Origin: a virus
Taxonomy: Duplodnaviria; Caudoviricetes
IMG/VR virus record: IMGVR_UViG_3300012890_000001
Coordinates: 2,278-66,277 of that record
Reading direction: 5' to 3' (one strand)
DNA length: 64,000 bases
The notes beneath the pieces were generated by a model. The model had not been told where the DNA came from. It made no database searches and worked only from the letters and a program-made list of their open reading frames with translations. Positions 63,914 through 64,000 of this stretch are shown here, piece after piece. How positions within the stretch are numbered: position 1 is the stretch's first letter; each line of letters begins with the position of its first letter. A program made the translations under genes and the position numbers.

Positions 63914-64000
63914 ATGAATGAAGCAGAGAGGAAGACCCTGGTGAACGTGCACACGGCGCTCGGCAAGATTCGCTCCGAATTGGGCAGCTTAGAAACATCC
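63914..64000 (+). CDS. Hypothetical protein, 3'-truncated by window edge
   Basis: AGGAG RBS; frame open to end of window. Confidence 0.5.
   Translation, partial: MNEAERKTLVNVHTALGKIRSELGSLETS

Noticed and set aside
1-64000. CRISPR array, cas genes, reverse transcriptase/DGR, IS transposase, integrase
   Set aside because: No regularly spaced repeat-spacer array and no YxDD, DDE or recombinase motifs recognised in any ORF.

Overview
Nearly the whole genome of a GC-rich temperate siphovirus. The host is most likely Deinococcus/Deinococcota; this is an inference from the high GC, frequent leaderless TAnnnT-start genes and an RDRM-like site. The window opens inside the large terminase. It runs through head, tail, three beta-helix tailspikes and lysis genes (1-29.9 kb), then accessory operons, a plasmid-type module (parA, parG-like, centromere-like repeats, putative rep with an antisense RNA; 37.6-39.6 kb), a leftward replication/recombination operon (RusA, primase, DnaB, initiator with iterons, ERF), the immunity region (47.4-50.4 kb) and a long rightward operon ending in structured non-coding sequence. 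No integrase is visible, so this may be a phage-plasmid. The most striking signal lies between the two operator clusters of the immunity region. There, a TPR-like protein is followed by a 43-aa leaderless secreted pro-peptide (49013-49144, below the ORF-track cutoff) and a small ORF convergent on the repressor. This is the layout of an arbitrium/RRNPP-like peptide communication switch, here in a probable non-Firmicute phage. Also notable are a conserved, covarying RNA leader shared by several HNH endonuclease genes and an arm-less tRNA-like element. All assignments come from reading motifs and synteny; no database search was run.
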